Positions 39,750-51,322 of a DNA stretch of 64,000 nt are shown in pieces. The translations under genes and the position numbers were made by a program. How positions within the stretch are numbered: the first letter of the stretch is position 1; each line of letters starts with the position of its first letter. A model generated the notes under the pieces. That model was not told where the DNA came from, did no database searches, and saw only the letters and a list, made by a program, of their open reading frames with translations. Origin of the DNA: Abditibacteriaceae bacterium (GTDB taxonomy: Bacteria; Armatimonadota; Abditibacteriia; Abditibacteriales; Abditibacteriaceae); NCBI GenBank assembly GCA_965277285.1, contig OZ255721.1, forward strand, positions 1,504,001 to 1,568,000, given 5' to 3'.

Positions 39750-41255
39750 ATGACTATTGCTTATCTCGATTGTTTTTCCGGTATCGCCGGTGATATGACG
39801 CTGGGCGCTTTGATTGACTGCGGTGTGCCGCTCGAAAAATTGCGCGAAGGTTTGGCGGCTTTGCCCGTTACAGGCTGGACAATTGACGCGCAGCCAGTTC
39901 TCAAAAACGGCATTCACGCGCTGCAAGTCGAAATCTCGCTCTTCGGCGAAACCGACGAAGACGAACTTCAGCGACAGCTTTCGCAGCAGCAGTCGGCAGA
40001 AAGCAGTCAGCAGGAAAAGCCGCATTCGCAAACGCCGTCTTCGCACGAACACGAACATCATCACGAGCAATCTCATACTCACACGCACGATGAAGCGCAT
40101 TCGCACGCGCATGAACATCATCACGAACATTCACATGAACACGACCATGAACACACGCACGAGCATTCTCATTTGCATCCACACGTTCATGGGCGTTCGA
40201 TGGCGGAAATTCGGGACGTGATCGAATCGAGTACTCTTTCGCCACGCGTCAAAGAGTTAAGTTTGAAGATTTTCGGCGAGATTGCGCGCGCCGAAGCCAA
40301 GATTCATCATTCGACGCCCGAAGACGTGCATTTTCACGAAATCGGCGGCGTCGATTCGCTGATCGACATTTGCGGCGTCGCGTGGTGTCTGGATTATTTG
40401 AACGTGGACGAAGTGTATTGTTCGGCCTTGCCACATTCGACAGGCCACGTTCATTGCGCGCACGGAATTATGCCAGTTCCCGCGCCTGCCACATTGGAAA
40501 TGCTGCGCGGCGCGCCGTTTTTCCCGACCACTTTGCAAGGCGAAACCATCACGCCAACCGGAGCCGGAATCATCGCGGCGCTCAACCAGGGTTTCGGTTC
40601 GCCGCCCGCGTTTGTGCCGCATTTGATTGGTTGCGGCGCCGGCAAAAAGAATTGGGACGACCGCCCGAACTTGCTGCGCATCACCATCGGCGAGAAAATT
40701 CAGACTGAAAACATTGGCCGTCCCGATAATTCTTCAAGTCTGCTTTCGAGTACTCGAACGGTGGATGAAACAGCGGAACTGGCTGGTTTGGAATGGAGCC
40801 GCCTAACGTTGCTGGAAACCAACATCGACGATATGAACCCGGAGCTGTGGGATCACGTCTTGGGACGGCTTTTTGAGGCGGGCGCGCTCGATGCGTGGCT
40901 GCAAAACGTGCAGATGAAGAAAAATCGTCCGGCCACGACGCTTTCGGTTTTGTGCGAAAGCTCGCAACGCGACGCGATTTTGTCCCTTGTTTTGCGCGAA
41001 ACGACAACGTTGGGCGTGCGCATCAGTGAAGTTCAACGCGCCGCTTTGCCGCGAATTTCTCAGACGGTGCAAACGCCGTGGGGCGAAGTTCGCGTGAAAG
41101 TCGCGCGCTGGAACGAAGGAAACGTCGAACGCGCCGCGCCCGAATACGACGATGTGACGCGCTTGGCGCGAGAAAACAACGTCGCGGCGCACGAAGTCTA
41201 TCGCGCCGCGCTGACTGGCCAACGAGTGAGCGACTTCATCAATCGTCGTGGGTAA
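39750..41255 (+). CDS. larC: Nickel insertion protein LarC
   Basis: YLDCFSGIAGDM.LGAL, His-rich insert, VHFHEIG, CAHG.MPVPAPA, ETNIDDM, MKKNRP, ETTTLGVR, PEYDD. Confidence 0.95.
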   Translation: MTIAYLDCFSGIAGDMTLGALIDCGVPLEKLREGLAALPVTGWTIDAQPVLKNGIHALQVEISLFGETDEDELQRQLSQQQSAESSQQEKPHSQTPSSHEHEHHHEQSHTHTHDEAHSHAHEHHHEHSHEHDHEHTHEHSHLHPHVHGRSMAEIRDVIESSTLSPRVKELSLKIFGEIARAEAKIHHSTPEDVHFHEIGGVDSLIDICGVAWCLDYLNVDEVYCSALPHSTGHVHCAHGIMPVPAPATLEMLRGAPFFPTTLQGETITPTGAGIIAALNQGFGSPPAFVPHLIGCGAGKKNWDDRPNLLRITIGEKIQTENIGRPDNSSSLLSSTRTVDETAELAGLEWSRLTLLETNIDDMNPELWDHVLGRLFEAGALDAWLQNVQMKKNRPATTLSVLCESSQRDAILSLVLRETTTLGVRISEVQRAALPRISQTVQTPWGEVRVKVARWNEGNVERAAPEYDDVTRLARENNVAAHEVYRAALTGQRVSDFINRRG

Positions 41256-41349
41256 TTGGTCAAGGTTTTGGCGCGGACAAGAGAAACCATTTAGAATGTA
41301 CAGGCGCAGCGGAAATTATCGCGTGGTGCGCTATGTAGCGGAGGAACGA

Positions 41350-43089
41350 GTGAAGCGAAAGAAAACAGGACAACGAAAGACGCAGTACAAAATGCAGCCC
41401 CTGATGTGGAATCGAGTACTCGATGCGCGCTTGATTGTCGCGGGCGTCGTCGGTCTGGGTTTGGCGACAGGAACAATTGGCAATGCGCCGATGGCGAAAG
41501 CGCAGTCGTCGCGCGTTTATGCGACCGATTTAACGGACGTCGTGGCGGCGACTAACGGTGGTCGCGTGGTCGATTCGTCTTCGACTTTCAACGATGACAA
41601 ATCGTATGGCGCGACTAACCTGATCGGCGGCAAGGTTTACAATCCGAACGATAAAAGCAGCCCGAACGGTTGGGTCAGCAACAAATACGATTCGGTCAAC
41701 ATGGAATCGGTGACTTTTGGTTTCGCCGACAATGCGCTGAAAAACATCGGTAAAATCGTGCTCAACCCGAGCACGGCGGTGACGCCCGAACGCTGGGCCA
41801 AAGACATCGAAGTGCAGGTTTCGACCGATACCGCGCAAGGCCCATATCGTGCCGTCGCGCAAATTACGCTGGAACGCCAGGCCAAGCGCCAGGAGTTTTT
41901 GATTTTGCCGGCTCCGGCGCGCTTCGTGAAACTCGTCTTTCGCTCGAACTGGGGTTCGGATCGCGCCGTCGCGCTGGGTTCGGTCGAAATGTATGAAAGC
42001 ATTCCGAGCACCGATCCGGTCGGTCAACTCATCACGCGTTTGGAAGGCGCCGTCAACGATTTGAAAAAGTTCCGCGACGCGCAAAACGAAATCTCGAACG
42101 CGACATCGAGCGGCACAACGCCAGTTTCAACCAAAGGCCCGCAACTGCTGACGCCACTCAAACTCGTTTCTTCCGCTTCGATAGCCGACTACAAGGAGTC
42201 AGGCGACACCAGCAATCGCACGATATTTACAGGGAATAATGCTCCTATCGACCCATCGCTCTTGCAACTTGTCGCGGGCGAATCGAGTACTGGAACTGAG
42301 GTGGCGCCAACTGCGGCACCGACAAACGGTCGTGCGACGAACATCGCGTTGGCGTCCAACGGCGGCAAAATTGTCGATGTCTCGAGCACGTTCAACAACG
42401 ATCCGCAATATAGCGCCAACAATTTGATCGATGGCCAGAACTTTTCGCTGGGCGACGGCAAAGGTTCTTTTGGCTGGGCGAGCGAAGGTTTCGCGTCCGG
42501 CCAGCAATATGTGACGATTGGTTTCCGCGAAGATCGCACGCACGTCATCAACAAGTTCGTCCTCAATCCGGTTTCGAGCCAGAACTCGTTGCGCTGGGCG
42601 AGCCGCATCGAAGTGCAAGTGACAAGCGGCAGCCCGACAACTGGGCCGTTTCGCACGGTGGGAACGCTGACGTTGCGCCAGGAAGCGACGAACCAGGATT
42701 TCACGATTCCGCCTGTCGAAGCGAAATATGTGCGTTTCGTTTTTGTGGCGAACGGGCCGGGCAATCCTTTGCCGCAAGGCGACCCCAACGTCAGCAGCGA
42801 CCGCGCCGTTTCGCTGGGAGAAATCGAAATCTACGAACCGGCGGCGTCTTCGGGCGAGTTGGATTCGCTGATCGGTCGCTTCAATCAGGTTTTGATCGAC
42901 CTCAAGCGGATGCGCTCGCAACAGCAAATCGGTGCTTCGGCGGCTTCAACGGGCGCCGATACGTCTTCGCCCGCCGACACGACAACCCCGTCAACGACAG
43001 GCTCGGCAGCAACCGACGCGGGAACGTCTTCCACCGGTGCGTCTTCCGCCGATGCAACGATGGGCACCACAAATCCGACCACGCCATGA
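41350..43089 (+). CDS. Exported protein with two discoidin/F5-8 type C-like domains, each followed by a coiled coil
   Basis: Internal duplication (A.NGG..VD.SSTFN.D..Y.A.NLI.G ... SDRAV.LG..E.YE); Ser/Thr-rich tail; GTG start after GGAGGA. Confidence 0.75.
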   Translation: MKRKKTGQRKTQYKMQPLMWNRVLDARLIVAGVVGLGLATGTIGNAPMAKAQSSRVYATDLTDVVAATNGGRVVDSSSTFNDDKSYGATNLIGGKVYNPNDKSSPNGWVSNKYDSVNMESVTFGFADNALKNIGKIVLNPSTAVTPERWAKDIEVQVSTDTAQGPYRAVAQITLERQAKRQEFLILPAPARFVKLVFRSNWGSDRAVALGSVEMYESIPSTDPVGQLITRLEGAVNDLKKFRDAQNEISNATSSGTTPVSTKGPQLLTPLKLVSSASIADYKESGDTSNRTIFTGNNAPIDPSLLQLVAGESSTGTEVAPTAAPTNGRATNIALASNGGKIVDVSSTFNNDPQYSANNLIDGQNFSLGDGKGSFGWASEGFASGQQYVTIGFREDRTHVINKFVLNPVSSQNSLRWASRIEVQVTSGSPTTGPFRTVGTLTLRQEATNQDFTIPPVEAKYVRFVFVANGPGNPLPQGDPNVSSDRAVSLGEIEIYEPAASSGELDSLIGRFNQVLIDLKRMRSQQQIGASAASTGADTSSPADTTTPSTTGSAATDAGTSSTGASSADATMGTTNPTTP

Positions 43090-43216
43090 AGTGTTAACGG
43101 CCAAAGTGTTAACGGCGCAAAAATCCGTGTGCGGCAAAGAGTTGAGCGGACGGATTTTATTTGGCAACGCCGTTGCGATACCGTCGTATAGAACGTTGTT
43201 CTTCAGGAGAAAACTC

Positions 43217-43393
43217 ATGTCATATCGTTCTTCGTCTTATCGTTCGTCGCTTCGCCGTCCACCGCTGCGCGCCAAAGCCGTCCCGATGCCGCGTCCTCAA
43301 GAGCGCCTGCTCAAAGCCGCGCGATTGTGGTTGCCTTTGACATTCGGCGCTGTCGCCGCTTTCGCGCTGTGGAGCCAATTCATCGTTCGCTAA
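43217..43393 (+). CDS. Small membrane protein
   Basis: AGGAGA RBS, C-terminal hydrophobic helix, terminator hairpin at 43412-43451. Confidence 0.55.
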   Translation: MSYRSSSYRSSLRRPPLRAKAVPMPRPQERLLKAARLWLPLTFGAVAAFALWSQFIVR

Positions 43394-43461
43394 TTCCTTT
43401 ATTCAGACACCAAAAGCCGCCGTGACTTATGCAAATGTCGCGGCGGCTTTTCGTCTTATTG

Positions 43462-43543
43462 AAGAACCCGAAGCGTCAGCGACGGGTGAAATAACAGTTT
43501 GATGGGCGTGTTATTTCACCCATCGCTGACGCTCAGGGTTCTT
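43462..43543. repeat. AACCCGAAGCGT(C/G)AGCGA-family inverted repeat
   Basis: AAGAACCCGAAGCGTCAGCGACGGGTGAAATAACA ... TGTTATTTCACCCATCGCTGACGCTCAGGGTTCTT. Confidence 0.85.
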
Positions 43544-43637
43544 TCTACAGTAAAAAGAGCAATGACACTGAAATGTCATTGCTCTTTTGCGTTATCGAGT
43601 ACTCGATTGTGGTTTGGTCGTGTTTGGCACGAGCGTC

Positions 43638-43901
43638 TTAGTCGTTTGCATCGCTCGTTGATGGAATGGACGGCAACGACGCGTTGGAAATTGCGTCGGC
43701 GGCTGCGGCATCCGCTTTAGTGGCGACTTCGCTCACTTTCGCATGAACTTCTTCGGCTTTGGCGTGAACCGCGTCAACCGTGTTGGGCATACGTCCCGAC
43801 AATTTATCTTGCAACATCGAGCGACGCACTTCGCCCAATTCAGGATCGAACAAGTACATCAAGCCGGCACCAATACCCAAAGTCAACAAAGTTTTTTTCA
43901 T
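43638..43901 (-). CDS. YtxH-like small protein
   Basis: LGIGAGLMYLFDPELGEVRR motif; GAGGAG RBS; hairpin at 43553-43588 downstream. Confidence 0.75.
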   Translation of the reverse strand: MKKTLLTLGIGAGLMYLFDPELGEVRRSMLQDKLSGRMPNTVDAVHAKAEEVHAKVSEVATKADAAAADAISNASLPSIPSTSDAND

Positions 43902-44254
43902 TGTGGTTTCTCCTCAAATTTTCGACAATGGCGCGCCTAAGTTGCAGTTTGAATGCCACAGAACCAAGTTCGCCTGATGCTGTGGCACTTTGCCGCTTGT
44001 GTCCTTGATTTGAATATGCTTTTTCAGCGGACTGTGCTCTTCCAGCGTCGCGCCCGCTTCCTTGAAGCCCTGATATCCAAACGCTCGGAAAAGTAGGTCG
44101 CAAAAAACCTGCGCTTCAATAGTCATGAATAAATGGTAGCAAAAACGAAGACGAATTATTGAGTACTCGATTTGACTAAAAATATATTTGTGTGATTGAA
44201 ATACAGTGTGTTACAATCTCGGCGCCTCTCACCCACGACGCACCAGGATTTTGC

Positions 44255-47200
44255 ATGCGCATTATTTCTCGGAAACCGTTCGCTGTCCGCAAACTTTCGA
44301 CGACTTGGCTTGCCGCTCTCGCCGCTTTTTCGGTAGGCATTAAAGCTCAGGCGCAATCGTCGCAGCCGTCTTACAAAGTCACGGTCGTGCCTTTAGCGGC
44401 AGATGTTCAACAGGGAAATTCTCCCATAGCTTTCAATAATGCGGGCCAGATGATAACTTCGGCGTGGTTCAGCACGCCGAACTATTACGGTTATCGTATT
44501 TCGCGTTATGGTGCTGATGGGTTAATAGACATTTGTAACGTGAATAATGACGCTTATCGAGGCTCGTTTTTTCTCAACCAATTGGGACAAATCGCCGGAC
44601 GTATGAATCCGGTCGCAGGTGCTTCTAACTTTCACGCTCTTTTCTTCGATGGACAAAACGCGCACGATCTGGGAACTTTGGGCGGAACGCAAAGTTATAG
44701 CGCGGGTATTAACGACGCCGGTCAGATCGTGGGCACTTCCGATACGGGCGTTGGCACCAACCGGCAAGGTTTTCTTTTCGGCGGTGCGGTGATGCAAGGA
44801 CTAAACGTCGGAGGTGTAAGCAGCGATGCGACAGGCATCAACAACGGCGGCGACATTACTGGCTCGTATGACACAGCAACCAGCCCGACTTACAGCGAGC
44901 ACCATGCGTATGTCATTCACAACGGCGTTTTTACTGATCTCGGCAAGCTTACGGCCAGCGAAAGCCGGGCGACTGGCATTAACGACGCTGGGCAAATCAT
45001 GGGCAGCCTGCGTTTTCCCGATTACAGCAGTCACGCGTTTCGCTATAGAAATGGCGTAATGAGCGATCTGGGAACACTGGGCGGAGCCTCCAGCACGGCG
45101 ACCGATATCAACGCGGCGGGTGATGTCGTCGGTCAATCGCAAACTGCGATTCAGGGAAGTTCGAGTTTGGCGAATCACGGTTTTATATGTGGCGCCGATG
45201 GCGTGATGCGAGATCTGGGTTCTTTAAACGGCGCTACAAGCGATAGCCGCGCCGCGGACATCAATGACAATGGTCAAATCGTCGGCTGGTCATATTCGTG
45301 GGACGGCTCGCAATCGGGTTTCGTCTACAGCAACGGCCAGATGTTTGACTTGAATTACTCCATCAATAGTCAATTGGGCTGGCATATCACCAGCGCCGAG
45401 TTCGTCAATAATAGCGGGAAAATTGCTGCCATCGGGCACGATAGCAGCGGTAACTCGCGCGCTTTGCTGCTGACGCCAAACGCGCTTCCCGTCACTCATG
45501 CGGACAACGCAACGGTCGCTCAAGACAGCACTGACAACGTGATTCGAGTACTCGATAACGACACAGATGCCGATGGAGACCCGCTGACGTTAGCCAACTA
45601 CCTGTGGGCTTCTAACGGCACAGTTAAATGTAGTGCGGATAACCAGACGGTTTTATACACGCCCAACGCCGGTTTCGTCGGCACCGATACGATTTCTTAT
45701 TATGCTTCGGACGGCTCGGGAGTTTCAGGAGGAACAGTCAACGTCACCGTTACTGCGAACAGCGCCGGACTTGTGGCCGATGATCAAACAGTTGCAACCA
45801 ATGAAGACACTCCTAAAAGCATTGTGCTAACGGCGCACTCGGCCGCAACACAAACCATCGACAGTTACGTCGTTACGACCCTGCCCGCATTTGGCACATT
45901 GAGCGGAACAGCGCCCAACCTCGTCTATACGCCAAACGCCAACTACAATGGCACCGACGCTTTCGTTTTTCGCGCCTTCAGCGGCACCAAAGGAAGCAAC
46001 AACGCAACGGTCAACCTCACCATTAAGGCAGTCAACGACGCACCAATTGCGAGCGCTCAATCTGTGACGACAAACGAAGACACCACCAAAAGCCTCATTC
46101 TTTCTGCAACTGATGTAGACGGCGATACACTTTCGTATGCCGTTGTCGCTTCGCCATCGCATGGCACGTTGAGCGGAACTGCGCCAAACCTGATTTATAC
46201 GCCGAACGCCAACTACAACGGCAGCGATTCGTTCACCTTCAAGGCGAACGACGGAACAGTGGACAGCAACGTCGCAACTGTATCATTGACAATTGTTGCC
46301 GTGCACGATCCAGCTGTGGCGCTTCCACAATCGGTTCAATTGCCAGAAGACACAACAAAGGCCATCACTTTGACGGCCACAAACGTGGACGGAGACCCCC
46401 TTTGGTTTGGAGTTCTCAAACCCCCGACGCATGGCACGTTGAGCGGAACCGCGCCCAATCTCGTTTATACGCCGAACGCCAACTACAACGGGCCGGACAG
46501 CTTTCTATTTGGCGCTAACTCCGTTTACGATTCTTTGGTCAGCCCGGCGACGGTCAGCCTTACTGTCACGCCCGTCAACGATGCGCCCGTATCGAGTACT
46601 CAATCAGTGAATTTGGATGAGGACACCAGCAAAAACATCACGCTTGCGGCAACCGATGTTGATGGCGATGCGCTTTCTTTTAGCGTTGTAACGCAGCCAG
46701 TGAATGGCACTCTGATAGGAACCGCGCCAAACGTTGTCTACACGCCAAACGCGAATTTCAACGGTGCAGATTCTTTTTCGTTCAAAGCGAACGATGGAAA
46801 TCTCGACAGCAACATCTCGACAGTTTCGATCACGGTGAACCCGGTCAACGATGCGCCAATTGCCAATAACCAGAGTGTTGCTGTGGACGAGGATTTGGGA
46901 GGCTTAATCACATTAACGGCCTCCGATATAGACAGTCCTGTTCTTCGCTACAGTATCGTCAGCAATCCATCGCATGGCGTCGTCAGTATTACGAGTGGAA
47001 GTCCTAACATTTCATATAAGCCCAACGCTTATTACTACGGGCCGGATTCGTTCACCTTCAAAGCAAACGACGGCAGCCTCGACAGCAATACTGCGACGGT
47101 GAGCATTACGGTCAGGCACGTCAACCACGCGCCATCTGCAATTTCACAAACCTTGTCCATCAAACAAGATACATCGTTGCCTGTAATACTCAGCGCGACG

Positions 47201-48556
47201 GATGTGGATAACGATCCGCTCACTTACGTCGTGACCGCTCAACCATCGCACGGAACGCTCAGCGGCACAGCGCCGAACCTGGTTTACACGCCCGTCGCTC
47301 ACTACACGGGCGCCGATAATTTCTCGTTCACGGCGAACGATGGCCAGGCCACCAGCCTTGCGGCTCTTGTCGTCATCAATATCACGCGCGTCAACCATCC
47401 AGTTGTAGCTGTTCCCGATTCTAAAACAGTACTGCAAGACAGCGATTGGGCGCCCATTAGCGTGTTGAGCAACGATCAGGACATTGATGGCATCGGGTTC
47501 AGTTTGTGGGGTATCTCATCCGCGACCTCGCAACAAGGCGGCAGTGTTCGCATGAACAGCGATAACACTGTCTCCTACAAGCCCGCGCCCGGTTTCAGCG
47601 GCACAGACACCTTTTCCTATACCATTCAGGACAATTACGGACTGCGCTCAACGGCGCTCGTGACGGTTACCGTAACTCACGTCAATCACGCGCCGGTATC
47701 GAGTACTCAATCGGTCTCCACCAACCAGGATACAGCGAAAAACATCACGCTTTCCGCCAGCGATGTTGACGGCGATGCGCTGACTTATTCGGTTGTCACT
47801 GCGCCTGTTCATGGCACCTTGAGCGGCACAGCGCCGAATCTGGTTTACACGCCGAGCGCTGGCTATACTGGACAAGATTCGTTCACCTTCAAAGCCAATG
47901 ATGGAAAGCTCGACAGCAACACAGCGATTGTCAACATCACAGTTGTGCCCGTCAACCATGCGCCGGTCGCCAGTTCTCAAAGCGTGACGACGACGCAGAA
48001 CACCGCCAAAAGCATCACTTTGGTGGCGACAGATGTCGATGGCAACAACTTGACATACGCGGTTGTGACGCAGCCCACCAATGGCACGCTTTCGGGAACA
48101 GGCGCGACCCTGATTTACACGCCGTGCTCTGGTTTTTCGGGCAGCGATTCGTTTACCTTCAAAGCCAATGACGGCTCGCTCAACAGCAATGTCGCAACCA
48201 TCAGCATTAACGTGACGCCGGTTGTCGTCGCCAGCAATTTCGTTGTCACCTACAAAGTCTCCTCGCAGTGGAACAACGGCTTCAACGCCGACGTGACGAT
48301 CAAGAACAACGGCCCGGCTGTCAACGGCTGGACATTGACGTGGGTATTCCCCAATGGCCAGGTCGTCAGCAATATGTGGAACGCGACTTCCACGCAAAGC
48401 GGCGCCAACGTTTCGGCCAAAGATGCTGGTTGGAACAAAGCTATCCCGACTGGCGGCACAGCGAGTTTCGGCTTCACAGCCAGCTACAACAGTGTCACTA
48501 ATGGTAAGCCAACCACGTTTAAACTCAACGGCCAAACTTGCACCATCGCGCCGTAA
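44255..48556 (+). CDS. Large surface protein: HAF-repeat beta-propeller, about 9 tandem Ig/cadherin-like repeats, C-terminal CBM2
   Basis: DLGTLGG..S.A..IN..GQIVG repeats; NDAP.A..QSV.T.ED ... GTLSGTAPNL.YTP ... DSFTFKANDG repeats; SQWNNGFNADVTIKN..GWTLTW. Confidence 0.9.
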   Translation: MRIISRKPFAVRKLSTTWLAALAAFSVGIKAQAQSSQPSYKVTVVPLAADVQQGNSPIAFNNAGQMITSAWFSTPNYYGYRISRYGADGLIDICNVNNDAYRGSFFLNQLGQIAGRMNPVAGASNFHALFFDGQNAHDLGTLGGTQSYSAGINDAGQIVGTSDTGVGTNRQGFLFGGAVMQGLNVGGVSSDATGINNGGDITGSYDTATSPTYSEHHAYVIHNGVFTDLGKLTASESRATGINDAGQIMGSLRFPDYSSHAFRYRNGVMSDLGTLGGASSTATDINAAGDVVGQSQTAIQGSSSLANHGFICGADGVMRDLGSLNGATSDSRAADINDNGQIVGWSYSWDGSQSGFVYSNGQMFDLNYSINSQLGWHITSAEFVNNSGKIAAIGHDSSGNSRALLLTPNALPVTHADNATVAQDSTDNVIRVLDNDTDADGDPLTLANYLWASNGTVKCSADNQTVLYTPNAGFVGTDTISYYASDGSGVSGGTVNVTVTANSAGLVADDQTVATNEDTPKSIVLTAHSAATQTIDSYVVTTLPAFGTLSGTAPNLVYTPNANYNGTDAFVFRAFSGTKGSNNATVNLTIKAVNDAPIASAQSVTTNEDTTKSLILSATDVDGDTLSYAVVASPSHGTLSGTAPNLIYTPNANYNGSDSFTFKANDGTVDSNVATVSLTIVAVHDPAVALPQSVQLPEDTTKAITLTATNVDGDPLWFGVLKPPTHGTLSGTAPNLVYTPNANYNGPDSFLFGANSVYDSLVSPATVSLTVTPVNDAPVSSTQSVNLDEDTSKNITLAATDVDGDALSFSVVTQPVNGTLIGTAPNVVYTPNANFNGADSFSFKANDGNLDSNISTVSITVNPVNDAPIANNQSVAVDEDLGGLITLTASDIDSPVLRYSIVSNPSHGVVSITSGSPNISYKPNAYYYGPDSFTFKANDGSLDSNTATVSITVRHVNHAPSAISQTLSIKQDTSLPVILSATDVDNDPLTYVVTAQPSHGTLSGTAPNLVYTPVAHYTGADNFSFTANDGQATSLAALVVINITRVNHPVVAVPDSKTVLQDSDWAPISVLSNDQDIDGIGFSLWGISSATSQQGGSVRMNSDNTVSYKPAPGFSGTDTFSYTIQDNYGLRSTALVTVTVTHVNHAPVSSTQSVSTNQDTAKNITLSASDVDGDALTYSVVTAPVHGTLSGTAPNLVYTPSAGYTGQDSFTFKANDGKLDSNTAIVNITVVPVNHAPVASSQSVTTTQNTAKSITLVATDVDGNNLTYAVVTQPTNGTLSGTGATLIYTPCSGFSGSDSFTFKANDGSLNSNVATISINVTPVVVASNFVVTYKVSSQWNNGFNADVTIKNNGPAVNGWTLTWVFPNGQVVSNMWNATSTQSGANVSAKDAGWNKAIPTGGTASFGFTASYNSVTNGKPTTFKLNGQTCTIAP

Positions 48557-48567
48557 AAAGGAGCAAA

Positions 48568-48607
48568 GAAAAGGCTCCAGCATCGTTGGTTGATGCTGGA
48601 GCCTTTT
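48568..48607. terminator. Bidirectional intrinsic terminator
   Basis: AAAAGGCTCCAGCATC ... GATGCTGGAGCCTTTT between convergent genes. Confidence 0.85.
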
Positions 48608-48625
48608 TGTATTTCGAGTACTCAA

Positions 48626-51304
48626 TTACACGACAACTTCGCTTTCAACACTCTTCTTGCGAAACACCAACTGTCCTTCGTGTCCGGCCTCGACTTCAAC
48701 CGTGTCGCCGTCGCGGAATGTGCCATCGAGTACTCGTTTCGCCAAAGCGTCCTGAATCAGGCGCTGAATCGCGCGTTTGAGCGGCCTTGCGCCATAAGTC
48801 GGGTCGTAGCCTTCTTCGGCCACGATGTCGCGCGCCGCATCGGTTAATTCCAGCGTGATGCCGCGTTCTGCCAGGCGCTTTTTCAAACTCGCCAGTTGAA
48901 TCTCGACGATGAACTTGAGCTGCTCGCGTCCCAGCGGATTGAAGGTAATCACTTCGTCAATGCGGTTCAAAAACTCCGGTCGGAAGTGGTTGCGCAGCAC
49001 TTCCCAGATGCGTTCGCGCAAAATCGGATCGTTGCTCGCATCGCCGCCCTGAATCAATTGCGTGCCCAGGTTGGATGTCATAATCACGACCGTGTTGCGG
49101 AAGTCAACCGTGCGCCCTTGTCCGTCGGTCAAGCGCCCATCATCCAAAAGTTGCAGCATGACATTGAAGACATCGCCGTGCGCTTTCTCGATTTCGTCGA
49201 ACAAAATCACACTATACGGGCGACGGCGAACCGCTTCGGTCAATTGCCCGCCTTCTTCGTAGCCGACGTAGCCCGGAGGCGCGCCCAGCAAACGCGCGAC
49301 GCTGTGCTTTTCCATGAATTCGCTCATGTCGATGCGAATCATGGCGCGCTCGTCGTCGAATAAGAACTCGGCTAAAGCGCGCGCCAGTTCGGTTTTGCCA
49401 ACGCCCGTCGGCCCCAAGAAGATGAAACTTCCAATCGGGCGATTCGGGTCTTGAAGTCCCGCCCGCGCACGTCGAACCGCGTCCGCGACGCTTTCCAGCG
49501 CGGCATCTTGACCGACAACGCGCAAGCGCAGGTTGTCTTCCATCTGCAGCAACTTCTGCATTTCGGCTTCCATCAGGCGCGAAACCGGAATGCCCGTCCA
49601 TTTCGCCACCACTTCGGCGATGTCTTCCTCATCGACTTCTTCCTTCAACATCTGACCGGCGCCCTGCCGCTCTTGCAGATGCACGGTTTCGAGTTCCAAT
49701 TCGCGGCGCAGTTGCGGCAGCGTGCCATAGCGAAGTTCGGCTGCGCGTCCCAAATCGGCGGCTTGCGTCGCTTGCTCGGCTTCAAATTCGGTTTGCTCGA
49801 TCTTTTCTTTCAACGCCGACAGTTTGCCAATGGCGTCTTTCTCGTTTTGCCACTGCGTTTTCAATTGGCCAGACTTTTCCTGCAATTCGGCCAACTCGCG
49901 CTCGATACGTTCCAAACGTTCCTGCGTCGCACTTCGAGTACTCGATTCGCTGCTTGCGCCGAATCCCGAACCTTTCAATTCGCGGTTCAAGGCTTCGCGC
50001 TCGATTTCAAGCTGCATAATGCGCCGCTCGATTTCATCAATTTCGGTCGGCATCGAAGCGATTTCGATGCGCAGTTTCGAGGCGGCTTCGTCCATCAAGT
50101 CAATTGCTTTGTCCGGCAAAAAGCGGTCGCTGATGTAACGATTGCTTAAAACGGCAGCCGAAACCAACGCCGCGTCTTTGATGCGCACCTTGTGATGCAC
50201 TTCGTACTTTTCTTTCAGGCCGCGCAAAATCGCAATCGTGTCTTCGACCGAAGGTTCGCCAACCGTAATCGGCTGAAAACGGCGTTCCAGAGCCGCGTCT
50301 TTTTCGATGTGTTTGCGATATTCATCCAGCGTCGTGGCGCCGACGCAGCGCAGTTCGCCGCGCGCCAGCATCGGTTTCAGCAAGTTCGCCGCATCGACCG
50401 CGCCTTCGGCTGCGCCCGCACCAACCAGCGTGTGGATCTCGTCAATGAACAGGATAATTTCGCCTTCGCTGCGCGTAATTTCCTTCAAGACGGCTTTCAA
50501 GCGATCTTCAAACTCGCCGCGATATTTGGCGCCCGCGATCAGCGCGCCCAGATCAAGCGACAAAACGCGTTTGTCTTTGAGCGTTTCCGGCACGTCGCCG
50601 CGCGCGATGCGTTGCGCCAAACCTTCGACAATCGCCGTTTTGCCAACGCCAGGTTCGCCAATTAAAACTGGATTGTTTTTGGTGCGACGACTCAAAACTT
50701 GAATAACGCGCCGAATCTCTTCATCACGCCCAATCACCGGATCCAATTTGCCTTTGCGCGCATCGCCGGTCAGGTCGCGCGTGAATTTTTCCAGCGCCTC
50801 ATATTTTTCTTCGGGATTCTGATCGGTTACGCGCTGTCCGCCGCGCACTTGCGCCAGAGCGTTCAAAATCTTCTCGTGCGTGACGCCGTTCTGTTTCAGC
50901 AAGCCGCCCGCGAAGCCTTTGTCCAAAGCAATTCCGATCAGCAAATGCTCGGTCGAAAGATACTCGTCTTTCAAATCACGCATCGCTTTGTCCGCTGCAC
51001 CAATCGCGCCGCCCGTTCCGTCGCGGTTATTTCCGCCCAATCGAGTACTCAATGTGCGCCCAGATTCCACGCCCTGAACCTTCGGACGCCGCGCCAATTC
51101 GCTTTCCACTTCGCGCGTCAACGTCGCCACATTCGCTTCCAGTTTCTGCAACAACGGTGTTGTCGTACCTTCGTTTTGACGCAGCAAAGCCAGCAACAAA
51201 TGCTCGACATCAATCTCCTGATGCCCATATTGACTGGCCAAACTCTGCGCGCTTTGCAAGCTTTCGCCCGCTTTCACTGTCCATTTATTAAGGTCTAAAG
51301 CCAT
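48626..51304 (-). CDS. clpB: Chaperone ClpB
   Basis: Two AAA+ modules ([16 protein letters not shown]), middle coiled-coil domain, [18 protein letters not shown]. Confidence 0.97.
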   Translation of the reverse strand: MALDLNKWTVKAGESLQSAQSLASQYGHQEIDVEHLLLALLRQNEGTTTPLLQKLEANVATLTREVESELARRPKVQGVESGRTLSTRLGGNNRDGTGGAIGAADKAMRDLKDEYLSTEHLLIGIALDKGFAGGLLKQNGVTHEKILNALAQVRGGQRVTDQNPEEKYEALEKFTRDLTGDARKGKLDPVIGRDEEIRRVIQVLSRRTKNNPVLIGEPGVGKTAIVEGLAQRIARGDVPETLKDKRVLSLDLGALIAGAKYRGEFEDRLKAVLKEITRSEGEIILFIDEIHTLVGAGAAEGAVDAANLLKPMLARGELRCVGATTLDEYRKHIEKDAALERRFQPITVGEPSVEDTIAILRGLKEKYEVHHKVRIKDAALVSAAVLSNRYISDRFLPDKAIDLMDEAASKLRIEIASMPTEIDEIERRIMQLEIEREALNRELKGSGFGASSESSTRSATQERLERIERELAELQEKSGQLKTQWQNEKDAIGKLSALKEKIEQTEFEAEQATQAADLGRAAELRYGTLPQLRRELELETVHLQERQGAGQMLKEEVDEEDIAEVVAKWTGIPVSRLMEAEMQKLLQMEDNLRLRVVGQDAALESVADAVRRARAGLQDPNRPIGSFIFLGPTGVGKTELARALAEFLFDDERAMIRIDMSEFMEKHSVARLLGAPPGYVGYEEGGQLTEAVRRRPYSVILFDEIEKAHGDVFNVMLQLLDDGRLTDGQGRTVDFRNTVVIMTSNLGTQLIQGGDASNDPILRERIWEVLRNHFRPEFLNRIDEVITFNPLGREQLKFIVEIQLASLKKRLAERGITLELTDAARDIVAEEGYDPTYGARPLKRAIQRLIQDALAKRVLDGTFRDGDTVEVEAGHEGQLVFRKKSVESEVVV

Positions 51305-51322
51305 CTTCCACACCTCATTCCA

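Noticed and set aside
43914..44126. 70-aa ORF between the YtxH-like gene and the surface protein
   Set aside because: No recognisable motif and a weak RBS; may be promoter DNA.
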